A stretch of DNA of 64,000 nucleotides from Dehalococcoidia bacterium (GTDB lineage: Bacteria > Chloroflexota > Dehalococcoidia > Bin125), in NCBI GenBank assembly GCA_965203775.1, contig OZ241913.1:2522366-2586365 (forward strand), written 5' to 3'. Shown here in pieces: positions 24,385 through 33,371 of this stretch. Position 1 is the stretch's first letter. Each line of letters opens with the position of its first letter. Position numbers and translations under genes: made by a program. Below the pieces are notes generated by a model. That model was not told where the DNA came from. It searched no databases and worked only from the letters and a program-made list of their open reading frames with translations.

Positions 24385-25101
24385 TCAGCTCGGCGCCGCT
24401 GCGTGCGGCAGCGCCCGCTCGACAATCTTGAAGGCGGCATCGATTGCCTGCTCAAGCGTCATCTCGCTGGTGTCGAGAGTGACGGCGTCGCGGGCGGCGA
24501 CGAGCGGCGAGGCTTCGCGGTTCTGGTCGTGCGCGTCGCGCCGCCGCGTCGCCTCGAGGACTTGCTCGTGGTCGTCATCGGAAGAGTGCCCGGCCTGCAC
24601 GGAGCGTCGCAGCGCGCGCACCTCATCGGAGGCGGTCAGGAAGATTTTGACCGGGGCGTCGGGCAGCACCACGGTGCCGATGTCGCGGCCCACGACTACC
24701 AACCGACCATCGGCAGCCGCCTCGCTCTGCAAGTTCACCAGCAGTCGCCGCACCTCCGCCACCGCTGCCACGATCGGCACGGCCGACTCCACCGGCGATT
24801 CGCGCAAGTGCGGGGTTGCGTTCACTCCGTTGATTGCAATCTCCACATCCGGAGACTTCGGGTCGCCGCTTGAAGTGACGGAGACTTTCGCGGACTTCGC
24901 CAACCTGGTCAGCGCCACATCATCGTCCAACGAGATGCCGTGCTCGAGGGCGAGCCAGGTGACTGCGCGGTACATGATGCCGGTGTCGAAGAGGGACCAG
25001 CCGAGCCGCACGGCCAGCGCGCGGCCGACCTCTGTCTTGCCGGAGGCTACGGGGCCGTCGATCGCTACCAGTGCGGGTTGCGGGGCGGGGTGCTCAGTCA
25101 T
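24385..25101 (-). CDS. cmk: Cytidylate kinase
   Basis: AIDGPVASGKT, DTGIMYRA, GRDIGTVVLPDA; start at 25101 or 25113. Confidence 0.93.
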   Translation of the reverse strand: MTEHPAPQPALVAIDGPVASGKTEVGRALAVRLGWSLFDTGIMYRAVTWLALEHGISLDDDVALTRLAKSAKVSVTSSGDPKSPDVEIAINGVNATPHLRESPVESAVPIVAAVAEVRRLLVNLQSEAAADGRLVVVGRDIGTVVLPDAPVKIFLTASDEVRALRRSVQAGHSSDDDHEQVLEATRRRDAHDQNREASPLVAARDAVTLDTSEMTLEQAIDAAFKIVERALPHAAAPS

Positions 25102-25882
25102 TCTGCGAATCATAGTCGCCGCCTCGTTCTGCGCTGTCTTCTGCGAGTCCCGCCGCGCGGCGCAGCAGGCGGACTTCGCGGCGCGAGAGCGGGCGGATCC
25201 GGCCGGGCTGTAGGTCGCGCAGCAGGATCGGCCCGAAGCCGGTGCGCCGCAGTCGGACGACCGGATGGCCGAGCGCCTCGCAGAGCCGCCGCACCTCGCG
25301 CTTGCGGCCGGTGTGCAAGGTGAGCCGCAGCCAGGCGGTCTCGCCCTGCGGCAGCGAGCGCCCGGGGCGCTTTGAGCGGCGCGGCTTGGCCCGCAGCAGG
25401 CCGTCCTCCGCTTCGACGCCCTCATACATCGCGTCAAGCGTCGCGTCGCTGGGCTGCCCGATCAGCTCCGCCAGATAGGTGCGCGGCAACTCGTTGCGTG
25501 GATGCAGCAGTCCGTCGATCAGCGGTCCGTCGTTGGTCAGCAGCAGCAGCCCTTCGCTCTCGCGATCAAGCCGCCCGACCGGCACGCAGCGGCCGGCGTC
25601 GGGCGGCAGAAAGTCGACCACGCTGCGCCGTCCGCGCTCGTCGGCGGCGCTGGAGATGATTCCGCGCGGCTTGTTCAGCGCGAAGTAGCGCGGCACCTCG
25701 GGAGCGGGCAGCGGCCGGCCGTCGAACTCAATCTGGGCGACGGCGGGGTCTACGCGAGTGGCCGGACCGCGCACGACTGCGCCGTCGACGCGCACGCGGC
25801 CGGCCGCGATCAGCGCGTCGCAGGCGCGCCGCGAGCCGATCCCCGCGCGGGCCAGCGCCACCGCCAGACGCACGGCGCTCAT
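25094..25882 (-). CDS. rRNA pseudouridine synthase (RluB/RsuA family)
   Basis: S4 domain SRR, NKPRG, GRLDRESEGLLLLTNDG. Confidence 0.9.
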   Translation of the reverse strand: MSAVRLAVALARAGIGSRRACDALIAAGRVRVDGAVVRGPATRVDPAVAQIEFDGRPLPAPEVPRYFALNKPRGIISSAADERGRRSVVDFLPPDAGRCVPVGRLDRESEGLLLLTNDGPLIDGLLHPRNELPRTYLAELIGQPSDATLDAMYEGVEAEDGLLRAKPRRSKRPGRSLPQGETAWLRLTLHTGRKREVRRLCEALGHPVVRLRRTGFGPILLRDLQPGRIRPLSRREVRLLRRAAGLAEDSAERGGDYDSQND

Positions 25883-27528
25883 TGCTCGTCCTCGTTGTCC
25901 TCGGACCAGGGATGCGACCGTGTCGGGGCCGCGTCGAGGTCGTCGGGCCGCGGCTCGTCGGCGAGCTGGTGTTCGGGCAGATCGAGGTGATAGGGCGGCG
26001 GTTCGTCGGGTGGCGGCGGCTCTTCCTGCTCGGCCTGATTCGGCAGCCAGCGGCGCAGCAGCAGCGCGACCAACAAGCCGCCGAGACTGGCCGAGACGAC
26101 CATCCAGGGATTAATTCCTTCGCTCGCTTGCAGTTCGCCGATCGGCGCGGGAGGCGCAGACGAGCGCTCGATCGGCTGTAGGGCCGGCGCGGCCGCTTCC
26201 AGCGCGGGAGCCACAGCCGCGCCGCCCGGCGACGGCGAGCTGTTGACGACCCAGACGCGCGGCGTGAGCGCGAGCGACGCGCCGGCAGCAGGCACCGGCA
26301 GCTCGGGGCCGCCGTATTCGACCGAAACGGCGACCGTGCCGTCGGGCGCGATTAGTCGCAGGATGTCGCCGTCGTTGTTGAGGCCGTTGCCGATTCGCCC
26401 GTCGAGCAGCCGAATTTCGCCTTCGGCGGCGGGCAGCTGCCCCGCGGCGAAGACGACGCGCTGTCCCGGCTCGATTGCGCCCCACAGCTCGCGGCTGGAT
26501 CGCGCGTCGCCGATTTGCCAGTCGCTCAGGTCGACGCGCTCCGCGCCGTCGTTGATCAGCTCGACCCACTCCGGCTGGTCGGGCAGCGGGCGCGGCATGA
26601 ACTCGGTGATTCGGATTGGAGGTCGGATCGTAGGCGCGGGAGCATCGGGGGCGGTCTGAGCGGTTGTCGCCGTCGCCTCTTCTTTGTCAGATTGCGCATC
26701 CGCGGATTCGGTTGGCGACCAGTCGGCGGCGTTGACCACCTGGCCATCAGGCGAGCGCAGCTCGATTCGGGCTGCGGCGGCTGGCGGCTGGACCGGCGCG
26801 GCGAGCGTCCCGTTGGGCGGCGCGTTCAGACCCGCCAGGTCCGTCCGCTGATCGCCGACTGTGATCGACCAGTCGTCCAGCGGCTGCTGCCATTCGCAGG
26901 CGTTGACCAACTCAACTATGCGGCCGCCATCTTCAGCATCGGCGATTTGGAGGCTGAGCAGGACAGGGTTGCCGCCCGCCCGCGGCAAGGGGATGGGGGC
27001 GTCGCCAAAGCGCAGCGGCTCGCCCGCGTCGGGCGCGGCGCGCTGCCCGTGGGCGTCCACGTTGCCCCAGGACACCGCGTCAACGAGGCCGCCGGCGGCG
27101 TTGCGCAGCTCGAGCAGGTCGCCGCGATTGCTAAGGCCGCGGCCAATTGCGGCGTCGGCGAGCACCAGATCGGCGTCGGCGTCGGGCGCTTCGATCAGCG
27201 CCGCGCAGGCGGCGGCGATCAGCAGCGAGGCCCGCGGCGGAAGCACGATGTTGCCGACATCGCCGAGCGGGTCGCTGCCCGCGTTGTCGGTCAGAGTCCA
27301 GCCGCTCAGATCGACTGCGTCGTCGCCCAGATTGGTGAGCAGCACCCACTCGTGCGAAGCGTCGCTGCGCCCTTGCCCGGCGTTGATCAGCGCGGCGGTG
27401 ATTTCAATATCGCCGTCGTCGGCGTGAGCGGGCGGGAGATGCGCTGCGCCGACCAGCAGGACTGCGCCCAAGACTGCGCCAAGCAAGCCGGGCAAGAGGA
27501 AGCGGCGGACGATGCTAGGAACGCACAC
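25879..27528 (-). CDS. Secreted lamin-tail-domain protein with C-terminal TM anchor
   Basis: Signal peptide; repeated EWV.L.N....VDLS(G/D)W motifs, GL.N.GD. Confidence 0.75.
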   Translation of the reverse strand: MCVPSIVRRFLLPGLLGAVLGAVLLVGAAHLPPAHADDGDIEITAALINAGQGRSDASHEWVLLTNLGDDAVDLSGWTLTDNAGSDPLGDVGNIVLPPRASLLIAAACAALIEAPDADADLVLADAAIGRGLSNRGDLLELRNAAGGLVDAVSWGNVDAHGQRAAPDAGEPLRFGDAPIPLPRAGGNPVLLSLQIADAEDGGRIVELVNACEWQQPLDDWSITVGDQRTDLAGLNAPPNGTLAAPVQPPAAAARIELRSPDGQVVNAADWSPTESADAQSDKEEATATTAQTAPDAPAPTIRPPIRITEFMPRPLPDQPEWVELINDGAERVDLSDWQIGDARSSRELWGAIEPGQRVVFAAGQLPAAEGEIRLLDGRIGNGLNNDGDILRLIAPDGTVAVSVEYGGPELPVPAAGASLALTPRVWVVNSSPSPGGAAVAPALEAAAPALQPIERSSAPPAPIGELQASEGINPWMVVSASLGGLLVALLLRRWLPNQAEQEEPPPPDEPPPYHLDLPEHQLADEPRPDDLDAAPTRSHPWSEDNEDEQ

Positions 27529-27901
27529 TGACCCACTGACGCACCGTGACCTGCCGTTCGATCATCACCGTCTGCGTGACCTGCGGCTGCTGGGGCTTGC
27601 CCTGCACGATTTCGCGCGTCTTGCGGGCCAGCGCGGGCGCGCCGCGGCGGGCCGCCCAGTCGGTCAGCGCGGCGGTCGCCAGCACCGCCGCGGCGCTGCG
27701 CACCACCGGCGCGAGCGGAGCGAGGTCGGCGCGCACGGCGGGCAGCAGCGACATTCCCGCCGACTCGCTGCGCACCGCGTCGGGCACAAGCGCACGGGCC
27801 GGCGTGTCGTCTCTGGCGTCGTCGAGCGCCCAGCCGCAGGCGTGGCAAAAGTTGTCGGCGGCGCCGACAGGGTCGCAGCATCGCGGGCAGGTCATAGCCA
27901 T
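27515..27901 (-). CDS. Small zinc-ribbon protein
   Basis: CPRC...FCHACG N-terminus. Confidence 0.6.
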   Translation of the reverse strand: MAMTCPRCCDPVGAADNFCHACGWALDDARDDTPARALVPDAVRSESAGMSLLPAVRADLAPLAPVVRSAAAVLATAALTDWAARRGAPALARKTREIVQGKPQQPQVTQTVMIERQVTVRQWVSVRS

Positions 27902-28049
27902 AGCGCGTCCGATTCTACGTCGCCTGGGCAAGCCGCGTCGCGACAATCGCCCGATCTGGCGACGTAAAGCGCGGCTACGGTCATGTCGGGCAGGGTTCCA
28001 AGCCGTGAGCGGGGCGGGTCAGGTATGACGGAATGCCATGGTCGCGGAG

Positions 28050-28382
28050 CTAGGCAGAGACCGCCTCAGGTGGCAAGTTGACCTCGACCATTGCGACGGT
28101 GGTCTCGACCTCCATCTGCTCCTCCGATGCGTCGACTTCGATTTCGCTGTGGTAGCGCATCGCCTCTGAGACGCTCATCATCGCCTGCGGCAACGGGTCG
28201 CCGTCCGCCGCCATCGTCTCGATGTGAAACTCCAGCGCTTCTCGGATCATCGCCTGAATTTCATCCCAATCGTCCGCAGCTGCCACACAGCCGGGCACAT
28301 CGGGGCAATAGGCGCTGTAGTTGTTCGGGCCACGCTCGAAAACGACGGAGTAGGTGCGTTCCGCAGCGTCAGTCACCGACAT
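28050..28382 (-). CDS. HicB-like antitoxin 3
   Basis: YSVVFERGPNNYSAYCPDVPGCVAA...IREALEFHIE. Confidence 0.8.
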   Translation of the reverse strand: MSVTDAAERTYSVVFERGPNNYSAYCPDVPGCVAAADDWDEIQAMIREALEFHIETMAADGDPLPQAMMSVSEAMRYHSEIEVDASEEQMEVETTVAMVEVNLPPEAVSA

Positions 28383-28707
28383 TTGCGGTTTCAGCCTCGA
28401 GTCGGGACGGCAGTGCGGCGTCGATCTCAATCATCGCCACCGTCGTCTCCAGCGGCGGACCGGGATCCTCCAACCCCGCGAGCACCTCGCTGTGATGCGC
28501 CATCGCTTCTGCGACCGTCATGCGCGGCTCAGGGATTGGCTCGCCGTAATCGGCTGCTGCTTCCAGGTAGACCTCGATCGCCTCGCGGATCAGCGATCGG
28601 ATTTCCTCCCAGTCGTCCGCGGCCGCCACGCAGCCCGGCACATCGGGCGCATACGCGGCGTAGTTGCTCGGCGCTCGCTCGAAGACGACGGCGTAGGTGC
28701 GCTTCAC
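28369..28707 (-). CDS. HicB-like antitoxin 2
   Basis: YAVVFERAPSNYAAYAPDVPGCVAA...IREAIEVYLE..GEPIPEP. Confidence 0.82.
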   Translation of the reverse strand: MKRTYAVVFERAPSNYAAYAPDVPGCVAAADDWEEIRSLIREAIEVYLEAAADYGEPIPEPRMTVAEAMAHHSEVLAGLEDPGPPLETTVAMIEIDAALPSRLEAETANVGD

Positions 28708-28711
28708 AGGG

Positions 28712-29074
28712 TCAGTCTCCGACGCCCGCCGGCTCTTTCAGAGCGGCCGATGTCGGGACCTTGATTTCCACCTCGACCAGTGTGAAGGTGACCTCGGTTG
28801 ACGGGCAGTCCTCAACCTCGTCGAGCAGATCGTAGCCCGGCTCATCAATCAGATCGAGGTGATAGCGCATCGCGTCGTAGATGGTCATCGTCGGTTCGGG
28901 GAATTCCTCACCGTGTTCGAGCATCGCCTCGATGTGGAAGCCCAGCCCTTCGCGGATCATCGCCAGCATCTCCGGCCAATCGGTGCCTGTGCTGACGCAG
29001 CCCAGCACATCGGGCGCGTAGGCGGCGTAGTTGTTCGGCGCGCGCTCGACGACCACTGCGTAGGTGCGTTTCAT
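28712..29074 (-). CDS. hicB: HicB-like antitoxin 1
   Basis: YAVVVERAPNNYAAYAPDVLGCVSTG; ATGA overlap with hicA. Confidence 0.85.
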   Translation of the reverse strand: MKRTYAVVVERAPNNYAAYAPDVLGCVSTGTDWPEMLAMIREGLGFHIEAMLEHGEEFPEPTMTIYDAMRYHLDLIDEPGYDLLDEVEDCPSTEVTFTLVEVEIKVPTSAALKEPAGVGD

Positions 29075-29271
29075 CGATGCCGCCTCCCCAATCCTGCTTG
29101 CCTCAGGATACTCTTCCAGAGCCACTGCGGGAGTTCCTCATTTGGGTGGCCCGGAATGGTAACCGTCCCTGGTTTCACAGGATGATGAAAGTGCCGGTGG
29201 CTGCCGCGCTGGCGGACGAAGAACCAGCCGTCCCTTTCTACGATCCGAATCGCCTCTCGCGCTTTGGTCAC
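29071..29271 (-). CDS. hicA: HicA mRNA interferase toxin
   Basis: GTG start with GGAGGGAG SD; DGWFFVRQRGSHRHFHHP..PGTVTIPGHP...SILRQAGL. Confidence 0.9.
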   Translation of the reverse strand: MTKAREAIRIVERDGWFFVRQRGSHRHFHHPVKPGTVTIPGHPNEELPQWLWKSILRQAGLGRRHR

Positions 29272-30041
29272 GAACTCCCTCCGACTGCCGACTCTACGTC
29301 GGCGGTGAGATCCAGCGGCCCGCCTTGGCCGGCCAGATCGATCCGGCCGTCGGCGATGGCGCGCAGGGTTTCGACTACAAAGATTGGCTCCCGCGCTACG
29401 CCGGCGGCGCGGATTGCCTGGAACAGGACCGACTCCCCGTCGCTCTGCCGGGGCGGCGCGGTCCACAGTTCGTCAAATCCTTGGCCGCGGATTGGATAGC
29501 GGCAGAGGCTTACTACTGCTCCGCGATCCAGCTCCGTTGTGACGCGCTGGAGCATCATCCCGCTCTCGTCCGCGCCCGCTGCGATCAGCTCGTGGATCAC
29601 CGTCTGCCAGACGCCGATTGGGCCGTCGGGCAGCGCGGGGTGCAGATTGAGCATCGGCAACGCGCCGCAGAGCGCGTCCGTCACGACCAGCATGTAGCCG
29701 GCCAGCATCGCGGCGTCGGGTTCGTATTCGCTGATGGCCTTCAGCGCGTCGACGTCGTAGTCGCGCCGCCAGGGAGCCAAATCGCCCTGCGGATCGGAGA
29801 TTTCGCCGCCCACCCGCCGCCGCCAGGCAAGCGAGCTGCTGGCGATCAGCGGGATGCCCGCCGCCGCTGCGTCGTCGAGGAAGGCGTCCGTGTTGGCTGA
29901 CTGGCCGCGCTCGCGGTTGCAGAAGACGCAGACGATTTCGGCGTCGAGTCGCCCCTCGGCGATTGCCCGCAGCGTTTCGCGCAGCAGCAGGCGCGAGCTG
30001 GTCCCGTGCGCCGAGGCGAACCAGGCGATGCGCAGCGTCAC
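29268..30041 (-). CDS. purN: Phosphoribosylglycinamide formyltransferase-like protein
   Basis: LAGYM, LNLHPALP, VTTELDRG formyltransferase motifs. Confidence 0.75.
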   Translation of the reverse strand: MTLRIAWFASAHGTSSRLLLRETLRAIAEGRLDAEIVCVFCNRERGQSANTDAFLDDAAAAGIPLIASSSLAWRRRVGGEISDPQGDLAPWRRDYDVDALKAISEYEPDAAMLAGYMLVVTDALCGALPMLNLHPALPDGPIGVWQTVIHELIAAGADESGMMLQRVTTELDRGAVVSLCRYPIRGQGFDELWTAPPRQSDGESVLFQAIRAAGVAREPIFVVETLRAIADGRIDLAGQGGPLDLTADVESAVGGSS

Positions 30042-30046
30042 ATCGC

Positions 30047-30280
30047 CTACTCGTCGGCTGTCGCTTGCAACTGCTCGATTCGCAGCTGCGCCTGATCGAG
30101 CAGGTCCTGCGCCCGCGCGCCCAATGCCACGCCCTGCCCGTAGGCCTCCAGCATCTGGTCGAGCGAGAGTCCGCCGCTCTCTAGGCGGTCGATCACCAGC
30201 TCGAGCTGCGACACGACCTCCTCAAAAGGCAGTTCCGGATCGACGCCCGGTTTCCCATCCACCTGATCAGCTTCGCTCAT
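30047..30280 (-). CDS. xseB: Exodeoxyribonuclease VII small subunit
   Basis: FEE....LE..I..LESG.LSLD; follows xseA. Confidence 0.9.
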   Translation of the reverse strand: MSEADQVDGKPGVDPELPFEEVVSQLELVIDRLESGGLSLDQMLEAYGQGVALGARAQDLLDQAQLRIEQLQATADE

Positions 30281-31601
30281 CTGCGCCGCCTCCCAACTCA
30301 GCCGACTCGATCAGCGCGCCCAGCGAGCCGTCGCGCAGGCGCACGCGCAGGCGGTCGCCAGCTTTTGCATCTCCGACCGACGCGATCGTTGCGCCGTCCG
30401 CGCTTGTGAGCATCGCATACCCGCGCTCCAGCGTCGCCAGTGGATTGAGCGCCTCCAGTTGGGCGCGCGAGGCGGCCAGCGCGGCGGCGCGCTGGCTCAT
30501 CGCGGCGGCGGCGCGGCGCTCGATGCCTTGCAGCTGACGATGCAGCTCGACGCGCAGCGCGCCGGGGTCGGGCGCGGCGACCGCCAGCCGCGTCTGGGAC
30601 TCGCTGAGTCGCTGCTGCATTCGCGCCAGTCGGCTTTGCGCGATCTGCCCGCCCGCGGCGACCAGCCCGCGCACCCGCGCCGACTCTTCGGCGCGATCCG
30701 GCGCGACGATTTCGGCGGCGGCCGATGGCGTGGGCACGCGCCGATCGGCGACGAAGTCGGCGATCGTGAAATCCGTCTCGTGCCCCACCGCCGAAACGAC
30801 GGGGATCGGGCTGGCGTAGATCGCGCGCGCGACCGGCTCCTCGTTGTAGGCCCAGAGGTCTTCGGGCGAGCCGCCGCCGCGGGCGACGATGATCACGTCT
30901 GGCTGGTTGCTTACTTCCAGCGCTGCGAACGCGCGGATCGCCTCGGCGATCGATTGCGCCGCGCCCTCGCCCTGGGTCAGGCAAGGGCTGAGCAGCAGGT
31001 CGGCCAGCGGCCAGCGGCGTCCGAGCACCTGCTGCACATCGTGCCAGACGGCGCCCGCGGAGGAGGTCGCCACGCCGATGCGACGCGGGTAGCGCGGCAG
31101 CGGGCGCTTGCGCTCAGGCGCGAACAGGCCTTCCGCTTCGAGCAGCGCGTGCAGCCGCTCGAATTCGGCCTGCAGCACGCCGGCGCCGCGCGGACGCACA
31201 TCGTCGACGATCAGCTGCAGGTCGCCGCGGGCGCGGTAGATCTCGACCTGGCCGTGCGCCAACACCTCGTCGCCCTGCTCGAATTTCGCGCCGCGGTTGC
31301 GCCCGCGAAAGAGCACGCACGCGAGCGCGCCGTCATCGTCGGCGAGGCGGAAGTAGATGTGGCCGGCGCCGGAGCGGCTGTAGTTGCGCACCTCGCCCTC
31401 GACCCAGACATCCTGCAGCAGATCGTCGGCGCGGAGCAGGACGACGATCCGCGAGATGACCGCGCCGACCGGATGCGACTGCGGCGCGGCGCCGGGCTGG
31501 CGCGCGCTCTCAAGGTCCATGCGCGGCTGATCGGGCTGAGTGCGCTCGCCGCCCGCCGCCGCGCGCCGCGCGTAGAAGCCGGGAGGCGGTCGCCGCGCCA
31601 T
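30267..31601 (-). CDS. xseA: Exodeoxyribonuclease VII large subunit
   Basis: GHIYF, ARGGGSPEDLW, SAVGHETD, TPSAAAE, LERGYA. Confidence 0.95.
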   Translation of the reverse strand: MARRPPPGFYARRAAAGGERTQPDQPRMDLESARQPGAAPQSHPVGAVISRIVVLLRADDLLQDVWVEGEVRNYSRSGAGHIYFRLADDDGALACVLFRGRNRGAKFEQGDEVLAHGQVEIYRARGDLQLIVDDVRPRGAGVLQAEFERLHALLEAEGLFAPERKRPLPRYPRRIGVATSSAGAVWHDVQQVLGRRWPLADLLLSPCLTQGEGAAQSIAEAIRAFAALEVSNQPDVIIVARGGGSPEDLWAYNEEPVARAIYASPIPVVSAVGHETDFTIADFVADRRVPTPSAAAEIVAPDRAEESARVRGLVAAGGQIAQSRLARMQQRLSESQTRLAVAAPDPGALRVELHRQLQGIERRAAAAMSQRAAALAASRAQLEALNPLATLERGYAMLTSADGATIASVGDAKAGDRLRVRLRDGSLGALIESAELGGGADERS

Positions 31602-31622
31602 GATCAGCCCGCGCCCGCCCGC

Positions 31623-32189
31623 CTAGGCCGACTCCGCTCGCTCGAGGTATTGCCCGCTGCGCGTGTCCACCTTGACCATGTCGCCCGGTCCGATGAACAG
31701 CGGCACATTGACGGTCAGCCCTGTCTCCAGCGTGGCCGGCTTGGTCGCGCCCGTCGCGGTGTCGCCCTTCACGCCCGGATCGCTCTGATCCACGCGCAGC
31801 GCGACCGATGCCGGCAGCTCGACCGAGATCGGCTCCTCGCCCACCACCAGCACCGCCACCTCCGAGTTCTCCGGCATGTAGTGAACCGCGTCGCCCACCA
31901 CCTCGGCCGACAACGGCTGCTGCTCGTAGGACTCGGTGTCCATAAAGTAGAAGAGATCGCCGTCGCGGTAGAGATATTGCATCGTCTGGTGCTCGGTGCG
32001 CACGCGGCGGAATTTGGTGCCGGCCTGAAAGGTGCGCTCAACAGTGTGCCCGGCGCGCACATCGCGCAGCTTGATCCGCGCCTGCGCCGAGCCGCGCCCC
32101 ACCTTGATGTGCTCCCAGTCCACGATCTGGTACTGCGCTCCGTCGAGCTCGATCACGAAGCCGCGCTTCAGGTCGCCGGTCGAAATCAT
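31623..32189 (-). CDS. efp: Translation elongation factor P
   Basis: QYLYRDG, PGVKGDTA, KPATLETG, VPLFI, VDTRSGQY; start MISTGDL. Confidence 0.95.
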   Translation of the reverse strand: MISTGDLKRGFVIELDGAQYQIVDWEHIKVGRGSAQARIKLRDVRAGHTVERTFQAGTKFRRVRTEHQTMQYLYRDGDLFYFMDTESYEQQPLSAEVVGDAVHYMPENSEVAVLVVGEEPISVELPASVALRVDQSDPGVKGDTATGATKPATLETGLTVNVPLFIGPGDMVKVDTRSGQYLERAESA

Positions 32190-32361
32190 CGTGGGTCGTC
32201 CTTCTCTGTGGCTCTGTCCGAAAGCCCGCGCCGCTCCCCGGCAAGCGCGCAACGCCGCCCCAATCCCCCCGCAGCCTACTCCACTCCCCTTTCGGCCCCT
32301 CCACTCTGGTAGGGGGATGGCTGAATTGAGGGAGCGACCGGGAGCAGGCGCAGGCGCGGGG

Positions 32362-32775
32362 CTATTCGCGGCGGAGGTTGATGTTGCTGCCGCTGACTTG
32401 GTCCAGAGTGATAATCAGCGCGGTTCCCTTGCGCTCGGGGTCGCGGTCCTTCTCCAGCGGGTGTTGGGCTTCCCAGATGGCGTCGCGGTCGCTGGGGTCC
32501 TCGCTGACGCGGGCGCGGCCGCGGAAGACGTAGAACTTGCGATCGGGCATGTTGGTGTAGATCATCGCGACCTGCGGGTTGGCGGCGATCGCGCTGAGAG
32601 TGGTGGAAGGGGTGGCGCGCACCCAGACGGCGAGCGCGTCGTCGCCGAAGGTCTGGGCGCTGCCGCGGAAGCTGACCAGCGGCTCGGCCTCGGGCGAGAC
32701 GGCGACCAGCGAGAGCGGGTAGCCGTCGTTGAGGGCGTTGTTGACCCGCGCTTTGACATCTTCAGGCAGTTGCAT
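32362..32775 (-). CDS. Pyridoxamine 5'-phosphate oxidase-like (split-barrel flavin/F420-binding) protein
   Basis: P.VSFRGS, I.ANPQV, FRGRA pattern; start MQLPEDV. Confidence 0.7.
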   Translation of the reverse strand: MQLPEDVKARVNNALNDGYPLSLVAVSPEAEPLVSFRGSAQTFGDDALAVWVRATPSTTLSAIAANPQVAMIYTNMPDRKFYVFRGRARVSEDPSDRDAIWEAQHPLEKDRDPERKGTALIITLDQVSGSNINLRRE

Positions 32776-32807
32776 TGCGGAGCCTCTCGGTGAGCGCCGG
32801 CGAACGG

Positions 32808-33371
32808 TCAGGCACGACTCAGCGGGCGGCGCATCCAGACCGCGTCGGGCGCGACGCCGGGCGGGAGTTCCGCTTCGTCGAGCGCGCCATCCAGCGCCGG
32901 CGCGCGCTGGGGGACGTAACCCAAGCGTAGCCAGAAGTAGAGCGCGACTCCATTGTCGCGCGGCAGCGGGGCGAGCGCCTGGGTTGCGCCGAGCCGCCGG
33001 GCGGCGCGCTCGAAGAGGGGTACGGCGGCCCCGCCGAACCCGTAGTGGCGCCACTCGGCGGCGACGGCGAGCCAGGTCCAGACGGCCTGGGCGCCGACGA
33101 TTTGGCCGCTCAGCGCGCCGACGATTCGGCGCTCACCGTCGAGCTCGGCGCGAATCCACCAGGCGGAATGCGCAGCGTGGGCGGCAGCGCCGCCGGCAGC
33201 GAGCCGCGCGTTGAGCGGGCAGGGCGCGCCGCGCCCGGCGATCGCCTGGGCGGCCTCGGCGAGCCAGGGAGCGTCGACGGCCTCGCCGCGGATGCGGGTC
33301 AGCGAGACGCGCCCGTCGCTCGCGCGGTCCGGCCAGTCGCTCATGATCAACCGCTCAGCCTTGCCGCTCAT
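32808..33371 (-). CDS. GNAT-family N-acetyltransferase-like protein
   Basis: LAVAAEWRHYGFG and NGVALYFWLRLGY motifs; alternative start 33344. Confidence 0.65.
   Translation of the reverse strand: MSGKAERLIMSDWPDRASDGRVSLTRIRGEAVDAPWLAEAAQAIAGRGAPCPLNARLAAGGAAAHAAHSAWWIRAELDGERRIVGALSGQIVGAQAVWTWLAVAAEWRHYGFGGAAVPLFERAARRLGATQALAPLPRDNGVALYFWLRLGYVPQRAPALDGALDEAELPPGVAPDAVWMRRPLSRA

Noticed and set aside
32280-32320. Additional repeat-B copy upstream of efp
   Set aside because: Only weak resemblance (CCCCT...AGGGGGATG); too degenerate to call
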